Below, in pieces: positions 35,336-46,594 of a DNA stretch of 64,000 nucleotides; position 1 is the first letter of the stretch, and every line of letters begins with the position of its first letter. Source of the stretch: Macrostomum hystrix. Lineage: Eukaryota > Animalia > Platyhelminthes. The position numbers and the translations under genes are program-made. The stretch lies in assembly GCA_950097015.1 (NCBI GenBank), contig CATNEN010000011.1, positions 1,984,001 to 2,048,000 of the forward strand. Reading direction: 5' to 3'. Under the pieces are notes generated by a model. The model ran no database searches. It was not told the DNA's origin and saw only the letters and a list, made by a program, of their open reading frames with translations.

Positions 35336-36833
35336 CATTTCAGCTTATTTCTGCTTTATTAACAGAAAAACATTTCATGAAACGCGTCAAATGCGACATA
35401 AACAAACCTGACACTTAAATAGGCCTTATAAAACCCAGGTCGCACGCAATATCACAAAGAAATTCGCATCAATGCATTAGCTATGAAATGTTCAGTATTC
35501 TCTGGTCTAGTGAACTGCAGCAGCAAGCAGGATTACGGCTGTCGTTTGTCCAACCAATCCAAGCTGTTGTCAGTGAGTTGCTTAATAATACGGCACTAAT
35601 TCCTGTGATTTTCCAGCGCGATTATAATCGGAAATTGTCAGTAGCATTGGCCAGTTTGGGTTAGCCAAAATGACATAGCAGAAAAGGTTCTGTTTTCCGG
35701 CGAATTCCTGGCAGAGGCTGAACTTGCTCGACATTGCGTGGATTCAGTGTTGGCGCTGTAGCTTGCCAATAGGGTGCCGGTGTGAAGCTGTAATTTGCTG
35801 CTCAAAAATTGGTTCGCCGTCGAGCTGGTTAATTGAATTTCGCATCCAAGGCTCTCGATAGAGCTTTAACACTGAGGTTCTTTATTACAGAAATCTCATA
35901 GACGCCAGTTGCGGCTGGAACTAAACACAGCAAATTATGAAACTAAAAAAGTAACTCAAAAAACGGATCCATGTAAAATTGGTAGGAGCAGTGTCATAAC
36001 CGCTGTCCATGGACCATGGATTGACACTGCTTGACACAATCATTGTACACGCCTTTGACTGACTATTAGGCCAAACTAGGCTTGGTGTAATTTATGTTTA
36101 ATCTAATCTATATTTCGCCCATAGACAATCAATAATGTTGATAGACGTCTCTCTTTCTATTACCATAAATTACTTAATTACACAAAATATAGCGTAACAC
36201 AGATTATTAATAATTGTCTATGTAGACATAGTAATTGTAATCTGGTTCAGATTCTCTTATTTCTACTTTTAGCAGTAGGATGTGTAGAGTACGATTTGAC
36301 AAGTGTTTTACTAATATCGAAGGTCAAAATTGGTCGATAGTCAGGTTTGAAGTTGCTTACTGCATGGCTTGATAATTCAGTGCAAACCTGTGGCCAGACG
36401 TGTATGTTCTTGCAGCCTTCTCTAAGCCGGTTCATAGCGAGATTTTTACTTAATTGGCGCTTACTTCAAATTTAAATATCTGCGTATAGTGAGACATTGA
36501 GTGTGTTTGCTTCCAATACCATGCAGTAGTTTACAGACTTCAAGACTTTGTTAAAAACGGGCTTTAGGCCATCTACAGGCCCCCATCTTGCGTTGCTCAG
36601 CTCATTAATTATTAGCGACTCTGCATTTTAGCAAGGCAAGTCAGGGAAGGACACTGTGGCTTTGTATAGAGTCTAAAGAATTTTAGTTTAGCTTCGCTCA
36701 ATATTTCAGCCATTAGTTACTTTTACATTACATTAGCATCAGACACTGCGAATCTATTTTTCGTTAATGAGGTGCATTCTAATTTCTGACAAATTTATTA
36801 ATCGATCCATGGATTGGAAGCGACTGGGATAAA

Positions 36834-37407
36834 TCTCTCTATCTATCTATTTGCAGGGGGCCCGGGGCACTTGTCGCACAAGCGACGGAGCGGCACGCCC
36901 CCAGACTGGCGAACTAGGCGCTTAGCGCCCATCGCGCCGCCTCCCCTGAGCAGGCACCACACACAGCAGCACAGACCAGCCGGGAGGGAAGGAGGCACCC
37001 AGAATAGGCAGCAGTGCCCCCCACCCCAGCCCCACACGCACATAGCAGACCAAGCGGAAGGCTGATAAGAAATCAGTCCTCAGGGGGGGTGATGAGTGTA
37101 CACTTATCCAATCGCGCTGACGGAAGTCCAGAAAGCGCGCGGCGGTGTACACCCACCCTCCAGCCACCCCCCGCAAGGTCACACGCCCCAGCGCCAACGC
37201 ACACAACGCAGAACAGGCACACAGAAGGTAGGAGCGAAGCTATTATTTCAAGCTTTGATTGCACGAAATATGGTGCACCTCCGCCGGTCGCTACTGTCCA
37301 AACCCCCCAACAAGTCCCGAAATTAATCGTGACTTGAAGGGTGAATCGAACTAGCGTCCTTTGGATTGCGAGGCAGCGACGTTAGCCGCTGACCCACTCG
37401 CCCCCTT
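36834..37407 (-). mobile_element. Full-length ~570-bp tRNA-derived SINE with (GATA)n tail and 15-bp target-site duplication
   Basis: TSD AGCGACTGGGATAAA at 36819-36833 and 37408-37422; minus-strand head GGGGGCGAGTGGGTCAGCGG (A box) and AGTTCGATTC (B box); tail AAATAGATAGATAGAGAGA. Confidence 0.85.
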
Positions 37408-37585
37408 AGCGACTGGGATAAAACGTGAATGGAAAATTACAGGAATGAGTTACACACATGAGTTACTGTGTGCTCAGGAGTCAGCGAAATGGGCAGAATT
37501 ACCTTAAAAATGTAATTATAACCTCAAACAGTGTCTGCCCACCACAGCCAGCATGGAGAGTCACTGACCAGGTTGTTCAACAGGC

Positions 37586-38743
37586 CTAGCCGCGGCGTAG
37601 CTGCATCCCTGAACCAAGTCGTCGCAGCGGTCGATTCGCTGTCCCCTCGGTAGCTTTCGGTGGCCACCAGCAGCTGCAAATGTCTGCCAACACCGTCCGG
37701 AACTTCTCGCTCTGCCTGATGTAGATTGGAAACTGCACGCAGCAGGCCAGGACTTCCAGAGTCCACGCCAGCGAGCGAAGACCTCTAGCAGACGTCGACG
37801 TTGCTGTCGCACTGTTGGCTCTTTGTCTGGCAGCAATGCTGAGAAAAATGGCGGGCGTCAGGAGCAAGAGATGCAGGCTGGACATGTACAGCAGCATGCA
37901 GGTGGTTCTTCGGTGCCGCCGGACCACTGGCGGACACGCAGCTGGGCGCAGCAGCGCGCGTTGAATGCCGAGAAGGCCGGCCAGGAGGCGTTCTCGTTGA
38001 CGAAATGAGCGACGCAGAACTCGAAATGTGCAAGCGTTCAGGACCAAAATGGCCAACAACGGAAGGCCTCGCAGAGCGGCATCTGCGGCGGCGAAGCTCA
38101 CTGAAAAATAATCGTATTTTCCCGTCGCCCGCATGACTGACGTCAAGTTTTGATCCTGGACTCTTTCCACAGTCAGGACAGTGATCAGCTCAGTTGCGTA
38201 AACAACTGTCGGTAGGACAGTCGCTGCGGCGAGAGCTGCGAAAATGATTCGGCGTCGAGAGCTGGCTGCTCCGGCTGGCAGGTGGCGCGGCTGCCGCACC
38301 GCGCAGAGCCGCTCGGCGCTGATCACCGACACGGACAGCAGCGAGGCGCGGGCCAGCGATGGCATTGCTAGGCGACGCGTAACCATAGCAACCGGACTGG
38401 AAGGCTCTGCGGGCCAGGACTGCGTGGCTGCCAGGCAGTGCAGCAGAGCCAGCGTCAGGAACAACAGGTCGGTCAGGGCCAGAGTCAGGATGCACCGGTT
38501 GATGAGGTGAGGCAGCATCAGCCGGTGCAAGGCCACCCGAGCGATGACGGCCGAGCTGATAATGCCGACTAGGCTGCAGGCGGGGATCAGGGCGAACTGG
38601 CAGGCAAAGTCCAGCAGCTCCATGCCTCTTGATCTTGAGTTGTCTCTCAAGGAGGCGAGGAGGTGTTGATGAGTAGAGAGACTGAGAAATCGACCGTTTC
38701 TCTGCCGCCGGGTTTCCCGTTGCACTTGGGCAAGCATCTTCAT
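37586..38743 (-). CDS. Single-exon orphan rhodopsin-like GPCR (peptide receptor-like), 385 aa; start Met uncertain
   Basis: LALTDLLFL (TM2), SAERLCAVRQP (DRY equivalent), RRTTCMLL (TM6), CCVQFPIYIRQSEKFR (TM7 and helix 8). Confidence 0.88.
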   Translation of the reverse strand: MKMLAQVQRETRRQRNGRFLSLSTHQHLLASLRDNSRSRGMELLDFACQFALIPACSLVGIISSAVIARVALHRLMLPHLINRCILTLALTDLLFLTLALLHCLAATQSWPAEPSSPVAMVTRRLAMPSLARASLLSVSVISAERLCAVRQPRHLPAGAASSRRRIIFAALAAATVLPTVVYATELITVLTVERVQDQNLTSVMRATGKYDYFSVSFAAADAALRGLPLLAILVLNACTFRVLRRSFRQRERLLAGLLGIQRALLRPAACPPVVRRHRRTTCMLLYMSSLHLLLLTPAIFLSIAARQRANSATATSTSARGLRSLAWTLEVLACCVQFPIYIRQSEKFRTVLADICSCWWPPKATEGTANRPLRRLGSGMQLRRG

Positions 38744-39437
38744 CTTCTTTTATGCCGCCTCACGCGCTTTACTCACTGTGTGTGTGAGTGTGTGAGTGAG
38801 TGTGAGTGTGAGTGTGTACACACGCCGAACAATTAGAATTGGTTGAAGCACGAGAGAATGCCACAACAGCAACTGCAGTGGAGTGGATGCAGTCGCATGC
38901 GTGCTAGCGGATTGATTGGGAGCTTGGATCTTAAGCTCCTCAGGGATGTAGCACTCACTGGCCTCCCTTCCTGTCCCCCCTAGCTCCCCCTGTTGCGACG
39001 TAGGCGGAGAAACAATCGGATACAAGATGAAGGCTTGAAGGGATTCCGCGTGACAAGGAACCGTGTTGAAAGATGCAAAGAGGAGTGTGAGAGAGAGAGA
39101 GAGAGAGCTGTAAAGAAGGCTGCTTGCCCCCACTGCCCCCGTTAATCAAGTATGCTAGTATTCACACATTCCTTTCCTCTGTTTTACAGCTCAACATTGC
39201 CCATAGAAAGCGGACTTGACAGGTGTGGTCGATGTTAACACCTGTGGGAGACTCTGTTTGGGAGCTGCACAATCATTAATTAGACTAAAACTCTAATAAA
39301 AACCATTTAGATGTTACTTTTGTCATTTGCAGTCAGTGCTTTGTACTTAGAACTATGACAAATAAAAGTTTAATGTCGATACTGCTACCTGTGTTAATGA
39401 CATGGAATGGCACATCATTTGGTGCCAGCGAGGAGGC

Positions 39438-39714
39438 AATTCTGCCCATTTCGCTGACTCCTGAGCACACACGCACACAGATACTGTACGCAGGCATAAG
39501 CTCACACAGGTGTGTACATGTGATCTGACTTTCTCATCGTCAGGCAGTGCACACTCTCAACGGAGGTTGGCCCTCAAGGGCGTAAATTGCACGACAAGCC
39601 CCGAAGCCTTCTCTTTGCAGTTGCGCCCCAATTTAATATGGCCTCGCCACAGAATTTAGCTCAGGAACCTTGGTGTGAGAGGCAAACACGTTAGCAGCTC
39701 TGCCACTCACCCCC
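39438..39714 (-). mobile_element. tRNA-derived SINE family A, near full length (~275 bp)
   Basis: Minus-strand head GGGGTGAGTGGCAGAGC (A box); body matches 50015-50269; a 3' fragment also lies at ~37460-37503 (+). Confidence 0.85.
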
Positions 39715-39734
39715 ACTCCCTACCATAGACTACA

Positions 39735-41740
39735 TTTAAGTTGGGATTTTTATTCTTTGGGATTCAGAGTGATTGGGATCTGAGAATGGGGATTAAGGTA
39801 AGTTGGGATTTCAATCCTTTGGGATTCAGAGTAATTGGGATCGGAGAATGGGGATTGAGGTAAGTTGGGATTTCAATCAATAAGGATTCAGAGTAACTGG
39901 GATCGGAGAATCCTCGAGGTAAGTACTAAGGTAAGTTGGGATTTCAATCATTAAGCTGTAAGTTTGGATGGCTTCATTCAAGCTGTAAGTTTGGAATGGG
40001 GATTGAGGTAAGTTGGGATTTTATTTCTTTGGGATTCAGAGAAATTGGGATCGGAGAATGGGGATTGAGGTAAGTTGGGATTTCAATCCTTTGGGATTCA
40101 GAGTAATTGGGATCAGAGAATGGTGATTGAGGTAAGTTGGGATTTCAATCATTAAGGATTCAGAGTAATTGGGATCGGAGAATGGGGATTGAGGTAAGTT
40201 GGGATTTCAATCCTTTGGGATTCAGAGTAACTGGGATCGGAGAATGGGGATTGAAGTAAGTTGGGATTTCAATCAATAAGGATTCAGAGTAACTGGGATC
40301 GGAGAATAGGGATTAAGGTAAGTTGGGATTTCAATCATTAAGCTGTAAGTTTGTATGGCTTCATTCAAGCTGTAAGTTTGGAATGGGATTGAGGTAAGTT
40401 GGGATTTTATTTGTTTGGGGTTCAGAGTAAATGGGATCTGAGAATAGGGATTGAGGTAAGTTGGGATTTCAATCATTAAGGATTCAGAGTAATTGGGATC
40501 GGAGAATGGGGATTGAGGTAAGTTGGGATTTCAATCCTTTGGGATTCAGAGTAATTGGGATCGGAGAATGGGGATTGAGGTAAGTTGGGATTTTATTTCT
40601 TTGGGATTCAGAGTAATTGGGATCGGAGAATGGGGATTGAGGTAAGTTGGGATTTCAATCCTTTGGGATTCAGAGTAATTGGGATCAGAGAATGGGGATT
40701 GAGGTAAGTTGGGATTTCAATCATTAAGGATTCAGAGTAATTGGGATCGGAGAATGGGGATTGAGGTAAGTTGGGATTTCAATCCTTTGGTATTCAGAGT
40801 AACTGGGATCGGAGAATGGGGATTGAAGTAAGTTGGGATTTCAATCAATAAGGATTCAGAGTAACTGGGATCGGAGAATAGGGATTAAGGTAAGTTGGGA
40901 TTTAAATCATTAAGCTGTAAGTTTGTATGGCTTCATTCAAGCTGTAAGTTTGGAATGGGATTGAGGTAAGTTGGGATTTTATTTGTTTGGGGTTCAGAGT
41001 AAATGGGATCTGAGAATAGGGATTAAGGTAAGTTGGGATTTCAATCATTAAGGATTCAGAGTAATTGGGATCGGAGAATGGGGATTGAGGTAAGTTGGGA
41101 TTTTATTTCTTTGGGATTCAGAGAAATTGGGATCGGAGAATGGGGATTGAGGTAAGTTGGGATTTCAATCCTTTGGGATTCAGAGTAATTGGGATCGGAG
41201 AATGGGGATTGAGGTAAGTTGGGATTTCAATCATTAAGGATTCAGAGTAATTGGGATCGGAGAATGGGGATTGAGGTAAGTTGGGATTTTATTTCTTTGG
41301 GATTCAGAGAAATTGGGATCGGAGAATGGGGATTGAGGTAAGTTGGGATTTCAATCCTTTGGGATTCAGAGTAATTGGGATCGGAGAATGGGGATTGAGG
41401 TAAGTTGGGATTTCAATCCTTTGGGATTCAGAGTAATTGGGATCGGAGAATGGGGATTGAGGTAAGTTGGGATTTCAATCATTAAGGATTCAGAGTAATT
41501 GGGATCGGAGAATGGGGATTGAGGTAAGTTGGGATTTTATTTCTTTGGGATTCAGAGAAATTGGGATCGGAGAATGGGGATTGAGGTAAGTTGGGATTTC
41601 AATCCTTTGGGATTCAGAGTAATTGGGATCGGAGAATGGGGATTGAGGTAAGTTGGGATTTTTATTCTTTGGGATTCAGAGTAATTGGGATCTGAGAATG
41701 GGGATTGAGGAAAGCTTGGAGTTAAATCATTTGAGATTCA
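39735..41740. repeat. 62-bp G-rich minisatellite built from four GGGAT subunits, ~30 copies
   Basis: Unit GGGGATTGAGGTAAGTTGGGATTTCAATCCTTTGGGATTCAGAGTAATTGGGATCGGAGAAT. Confidence 0.96.
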
Positions 41741-42225
41741 GAATAAATGGGATCGGAGTATTATAATTTCTAAAATCCCTATACAAGCGTAGGCTGGACC
41801 CATTCCGAGTCCTCAGCAGAATATCCGAAGCCTTGTGAAGTGGAATTTACTTTAATTTAACCAGTTTGAATAATTCCCTGACATTGATCGGTTCCTCAAA
41901 CTTAAATTTTCCTAGTCAAACCTATTGGACCCAGATCGCCATATTTGAAAATGTTTGCTATAAGACTTCAACCTACTTGAAAATGTTTCACTTCAATGAG
42001 AAAGAAGAGAAAATCGATCTTTCAAAAGCAGCTTGACGATTTCGGAGAATTCAATTCGAACTGTCACAATGCAATTGCCAGAGGTTGTCAACTCGTTTGC
42101 CCACGCATTCTTCAGTAAGGACAGATTTTTGTTTAACTTTTTCCTGTATATATACCATCGAGGCAAAAGATTTCTCGGACATTCAGTTTCTAGGTCCAAA
42201 GATTTCAGTCAAGACCAAAATCAAC

Positions 42226-44346
42226 ATGAAGCTGCTAAATCTAGTTGGCTTTCTGCTTTTCCTATCGTCAGTTTGCGGTAGGTAGTTCAGACAGTTATTA
42301 TCGATGCTTTTCCTTCTAGACTGTTTAAATTGAGTTCTGTCGTTTGTTTCAGATGAGTCCGATGGAAGAGCAGTTGGACAACCAGCTGCGGCACTTAAAA
42401 GCCTTCCTTTCGGAGGCCGAAACGGAGGAGGACCCGGCGGATTTGGTGGCAGAATCGGAGGAAGACCCGGTGGATTTGGCGGCAGAATCGCAGGAAGACC
42501 CGGCGGATTTGGTGGAAGAAACGGAGGATTTGCTGGAAGAAACGGAGGAGGACCCGGCGGATTTGGTGGTCCGTCTTTCGGCGGAAGAAGGAAAATTGGA
42601 TTAAGGAACAAAATCGGAGGAAGACCCGGCGGATTTGGTGGAAGACCCGGCGGATTTGGTGGAAGACCCGGCGGATTTGGTGGAAGAAACGGAGGATTTG
42701 GTGGAAGACCCGGCGGATTTGGTGGAAGACCCGGCGGATTTGGTGGAAGACCCGGCGGATTTGGTGGAAGAAACGGAGGATTTGCTGGAAGAAACGGAGG
42801 AGGACCCGGCAGATTTGGTGGTCCGTCTTTCGGCGGAAGAAGGAAAATTGGATTAAGGAACAAAATCGGAGGAAGACCCGGCGGATTTGGTGGAAGACCC
42901 GGCGGATTTGGTGGAAGACCCGGCGGATTTGGTGGAAGACCCGGCGGATTTGGTGGAAGAAACGGAGGATTTGGTGGAAGACCCGGCGGATTTGGTGGAA
43001 GACCCGGCGGATTTGGTGGAAGACCCGGCGGATTTGGTGGAAGAAACGGAGGATTTGCTGGAAGAAACGGAGGAGGACCCGGCAGATTTGGTGGTCCGTC
43101 TTTCGGCGGAAGAAGGAAAATTGGATTAAGGAACAAAATCGGAGGAAGACCCGGCGGATTTGGTGGAAGACCCGGCGGATTTGGTGGAAGACCCGGCGGA
43201 TTTGGTGGAAGACCCGGCGGATTTGGTGGAAGAAACGGAGGATTTGGTGGAAGACCCGGCGGATTTGGTGGAAGACCCGGCGGATTTGGTGGAAGACCCG
43301 GCGGATTTGGTGGAAGAAACGGAGGATTTGCTGGAAGAAACGGAGGAGGACCCGGCAGATTTGGTGGTCCGTCTTTCGGCGGAAGAAGGAAAATTGGATT
43401 AAGGAACAAAATCGGAGGAAGACCCGGCGGATTTGGTGGAAGACCCGGCGGATTTGGTGGAAGACCCGGCGGATTTGGTGGAAGACCCGGCGGGTTTTCT
43501 GGAAGAGGCGGAAGAGGACCCGGCGGATTTGCTGGAAGAAACGGCGGATTTGGTGGAAGACCCGGCGGATTTGGTGGAAGACCCGGCGGATTTGGTGGAA
43601 GACCCGGCGGATTTGGTGGAAGACCCGGCGGATTTGGTGGAAGACCCGGCGGGTTTTCTGGAAGAGGCGGAAGAGGACCCGGCGGATTTGCTGGAAGAAA
43701 CGGCGGATTTGGTGGAAGACCCGGCGGATTTGGTGGAAGACCCGGCGGATTTGGTGGAAGACCCGGCGGATTTGGTGGAAGACCCGGCGGATTTGGTGGA
43801 AGACCCGGCGGGTTTTCTGGAAGAGGCGGAAGAGGACCCGGCGGATTTGCTGGAAGAAACGGCGGATTTGGTGGAAGACCCGGCGGATTTGGTGGAAGAC
43901 CCGGCGGATTTGGTGGAAGACCCGGCGGATTTGGTGGAAGACCCGGCGGATTTGGTGGAAGACCCGGCGGGTTTTCTGGAAGAGGCGGAAGAGGACCCGG
44001 CGGATTTGCTGGAAGAAACGGCGGATTTGGTGGAAGACCCGGCGGATTTGGTGGAAGACCCGGCGGATTTGGTGGAAGACCCGGCGGATTTGGTGGAAGA
44101 CCCGGCGGATTTGGTGGAAGACCCGGCGGGTTTTCTGGAAGAGGCGGAAGAGGACCCGGCGGATTTGCTGGAAGAAACGGCGGATTTGGTGGAAGACCCG
44201 GCGGATTTGGTGGAAGACCCGGCGGATTTGGTGGAAGACCCGGCGGATTTGGTGGAAGACCCGGCGGATTTGCTGGAAGAAACGGAGGAGGATCCAACGG
44301 ATTCAGACACAAAAACTATGTTAGTCAACGCGCATTCAGTGGCTAA
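42226..44346 (+). CDS. Secreted Gly/Arg/Phe-rich repeat protein, 681 aa, (GGRPGGF)n. Exons: 42226-42277, 42353-44346
   Basis: Signal peptide [17 protein letters not shown], phase-1 intron GTAGGT...TTTCAG, 2-kb uninterrupted frame ending TAA; TATA-like sequence ~42147; AATAAA at 44436. Confidence 0.88.
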
Positions 44347-44559
44347 AACTGACCATTGATAAGTTATTTGGCTTTTCAAAAAGCGGAACTGAAATTATAT
44401 TTTACGGTTATCAGGGGGTTCTATCTAATATGAAAAATAAAAAAAGTATTTGAAACGTATTTCATAACAATTTCTAACTTTTTATGGCTTGTTTTGTTTC
44501 AGTCCAAAGTTTTCACAGAGAAGAGACATGTTGACATATTTGTCTTCCTTGGTAAGGAC

Positions 44560-46060
44560 AGTCACTCCGTAGATAGTTATATTTCTCACCGGAAGACAAT
44601 TTAGATTTTCACTCCGTAGATAGTTAGGATCGTCACTCCGTAGACAGTTAGGATCGCCACTCCGTAGACAGTTAGGATCGTCACTCCGTAGACAGTTAGG
44701 ATCGTCACTCCATAGACAGTTAGGATCGTCTAGATAGTTAGGATCGTCACTCCGTAGACAGTTAGGATCGTCTAGATAGTTAGGATCGTCACTCCGTAGA
44801 TAGTTAGGATCGTCACTCCGTAGACAGTTAGGATCGTCACTCCGTAGACAGTTAGGATCGTCACTCCGTAGACAGTTAGGATCGTCACTCCGTAGATAGT
44901 TAGGATCGTCACTCCGTAGACAGTTAGGATCGTCACTCCGTAGACAGTTAGGATCGTCACTCCGTTGACAGTTAGGATCGTCACTCCGTAGACAGTTAGG
45001 ATCGTCACTCCGTAGACAGTTAGGATCGTCACTCCGTAGACAGTTAGGATCGTCACTCCGTTGACAGTTAGGATCGTCACTCCGTAGACAGTTAGGATCG
45101 TCACTCCGTTGACAGTTAGGATCGTCACTCCGTAGACAGTTAGGATCGTCACTCCGTAGACAGTTAGGATCGTCACTCCGCAGACAGTTAGGATCGTCAC
45201 TCCGCAGACAGTTAGGATCGTCACTCCGCAGACAGTTAGGATCGTCACTCAATAGATTGTTACAATTGTCACTCCGAGGACAGTTACGATTGTCACTCCG
45301 AGGACAGTTACGATTGTCACTCCGAGGACAGTTAGGATTGTTACTCCGAAGATAGTTAGAACTGTCACTCAATAGATAGTTAGGATTGTCACTCAGTAGA
45401 AAATTACGATTGTCACTCCGAGGACAGTTACGATTGTCACTCCGAGGACAGATAAGATTAGTACTCCGAAGACAGTTACTATTGTCACTCCGAGGACAGT
45501 TACTATTGTCACTCCGAGGACAGTTACTATTGTCACTCCGAGGACAGTTACTAGTCACTCCGAGGACAGTTACTATTGTCACTCCGAGGACAGTTACTAT
45601 TGTCACTCCGAGGACAGTTACTATTGTCACTCCGAGGACAGTTACTATTGTCACTCCGAGGACAGTTACTATTGTCACTCCGAGGACAGTTACTATTGTC
45701 ACTCCGAGGACAGTTACTATTGTCACTCCGAGGACAGTTACTATTGTCACTCCGAGGACAGTTACTATTGTCACTCCGAGGACAGTTACTATTGTCACTC
45801 CGAGGACAGTTACTATTGTCACTCCGAGGACAGTTACTATTGTCACTCCGAGGACAGTTACTATTGTCACTCCGAGGACAGTTACTATTGTCACTCCGAG
45901 GACAGTTACTATTGTCACTCCGAGGACAGCTACTATTGTCACTCCGAGGACAGTTACTATTGTCACTCCGAGGACAGTTACTATTGTCACTCCGAGGACA
46001 GTTACTATTGTCACTCCGAGGACAGTTACTATTGTCACTCCGAGGACAGTATTTTCACTC
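44560..46060. repeat. 24-bp minisatellite with two variant domains (TCACTCCGTAGACAGTTAGGATCG on the left, TCACTCCGAGGACAGTTACTATTG on the right)
   Basis: Direct inspection; 2-nt deletion at ~45553; probably non-coding. Confidence 0.9.
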
Positions 46061-46594
46061 CGAAGACAGAAACACAGGGAGACTGAAGCATATTAGAGTA
46101 ATCACTCAAAATATAATTATAACTCTGCAAATTAATGCTCAACTTAGTTAAACAGACCGTACAGGTTTCTATAGAACAATAATTTCTAAGAGCAAAGGCG
46201 GTAGAAAACTTTTTCAGTTCCATAGGGACTTTTTCTAACCACAGACAAGTACCGAGAGTAGTCTAAAATATAATCGTATGTCTAAGATCTGACAGAACCA
46301 TTCTCACACCCTTAGTGGATGGCAGCTGGCTGATCGGTGACTTCTCCAGTGGCTCTTGAAAAAAAGACAGTTCCATGGACTAGCGAGTTTTTCTCTCGAG
46401 AAATAATGAGAAGGAACAGGAAAGTTCCAGTTAGGAACCAGTCAGATCTTCACGGCGGTGCCAAGTTGAAGCCTATTAAAGTTTGACTGCGGCAGAAAAT
46501 TATACTTGTTGATCATTGAAGAGCACTTCTCAGTCTCGGCACTTCGTTAAAGAAATTCATTGCGAATTGATAATTCTGCTGTCAATCAACAATC

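Noticed and set aside
42183-44379. Pro-rich 709-aa minus ORF, acidic EDPADLV plus ORFs and the SSTKSAG ORF
   Set aside because: Shadows of the Gly-rich coding frame; the acidic frame has periodic stops and the antisense frames lack a leader or splice support
44482-46151. TIVTVLGV, NCLRSDDP and LLLSLRGQ ORFs as proteins
   Set aside because: A 24-bp unit gives open frames by chance; 2-nt frameshift and non-synonymous variation (residual possibility noted in findings)
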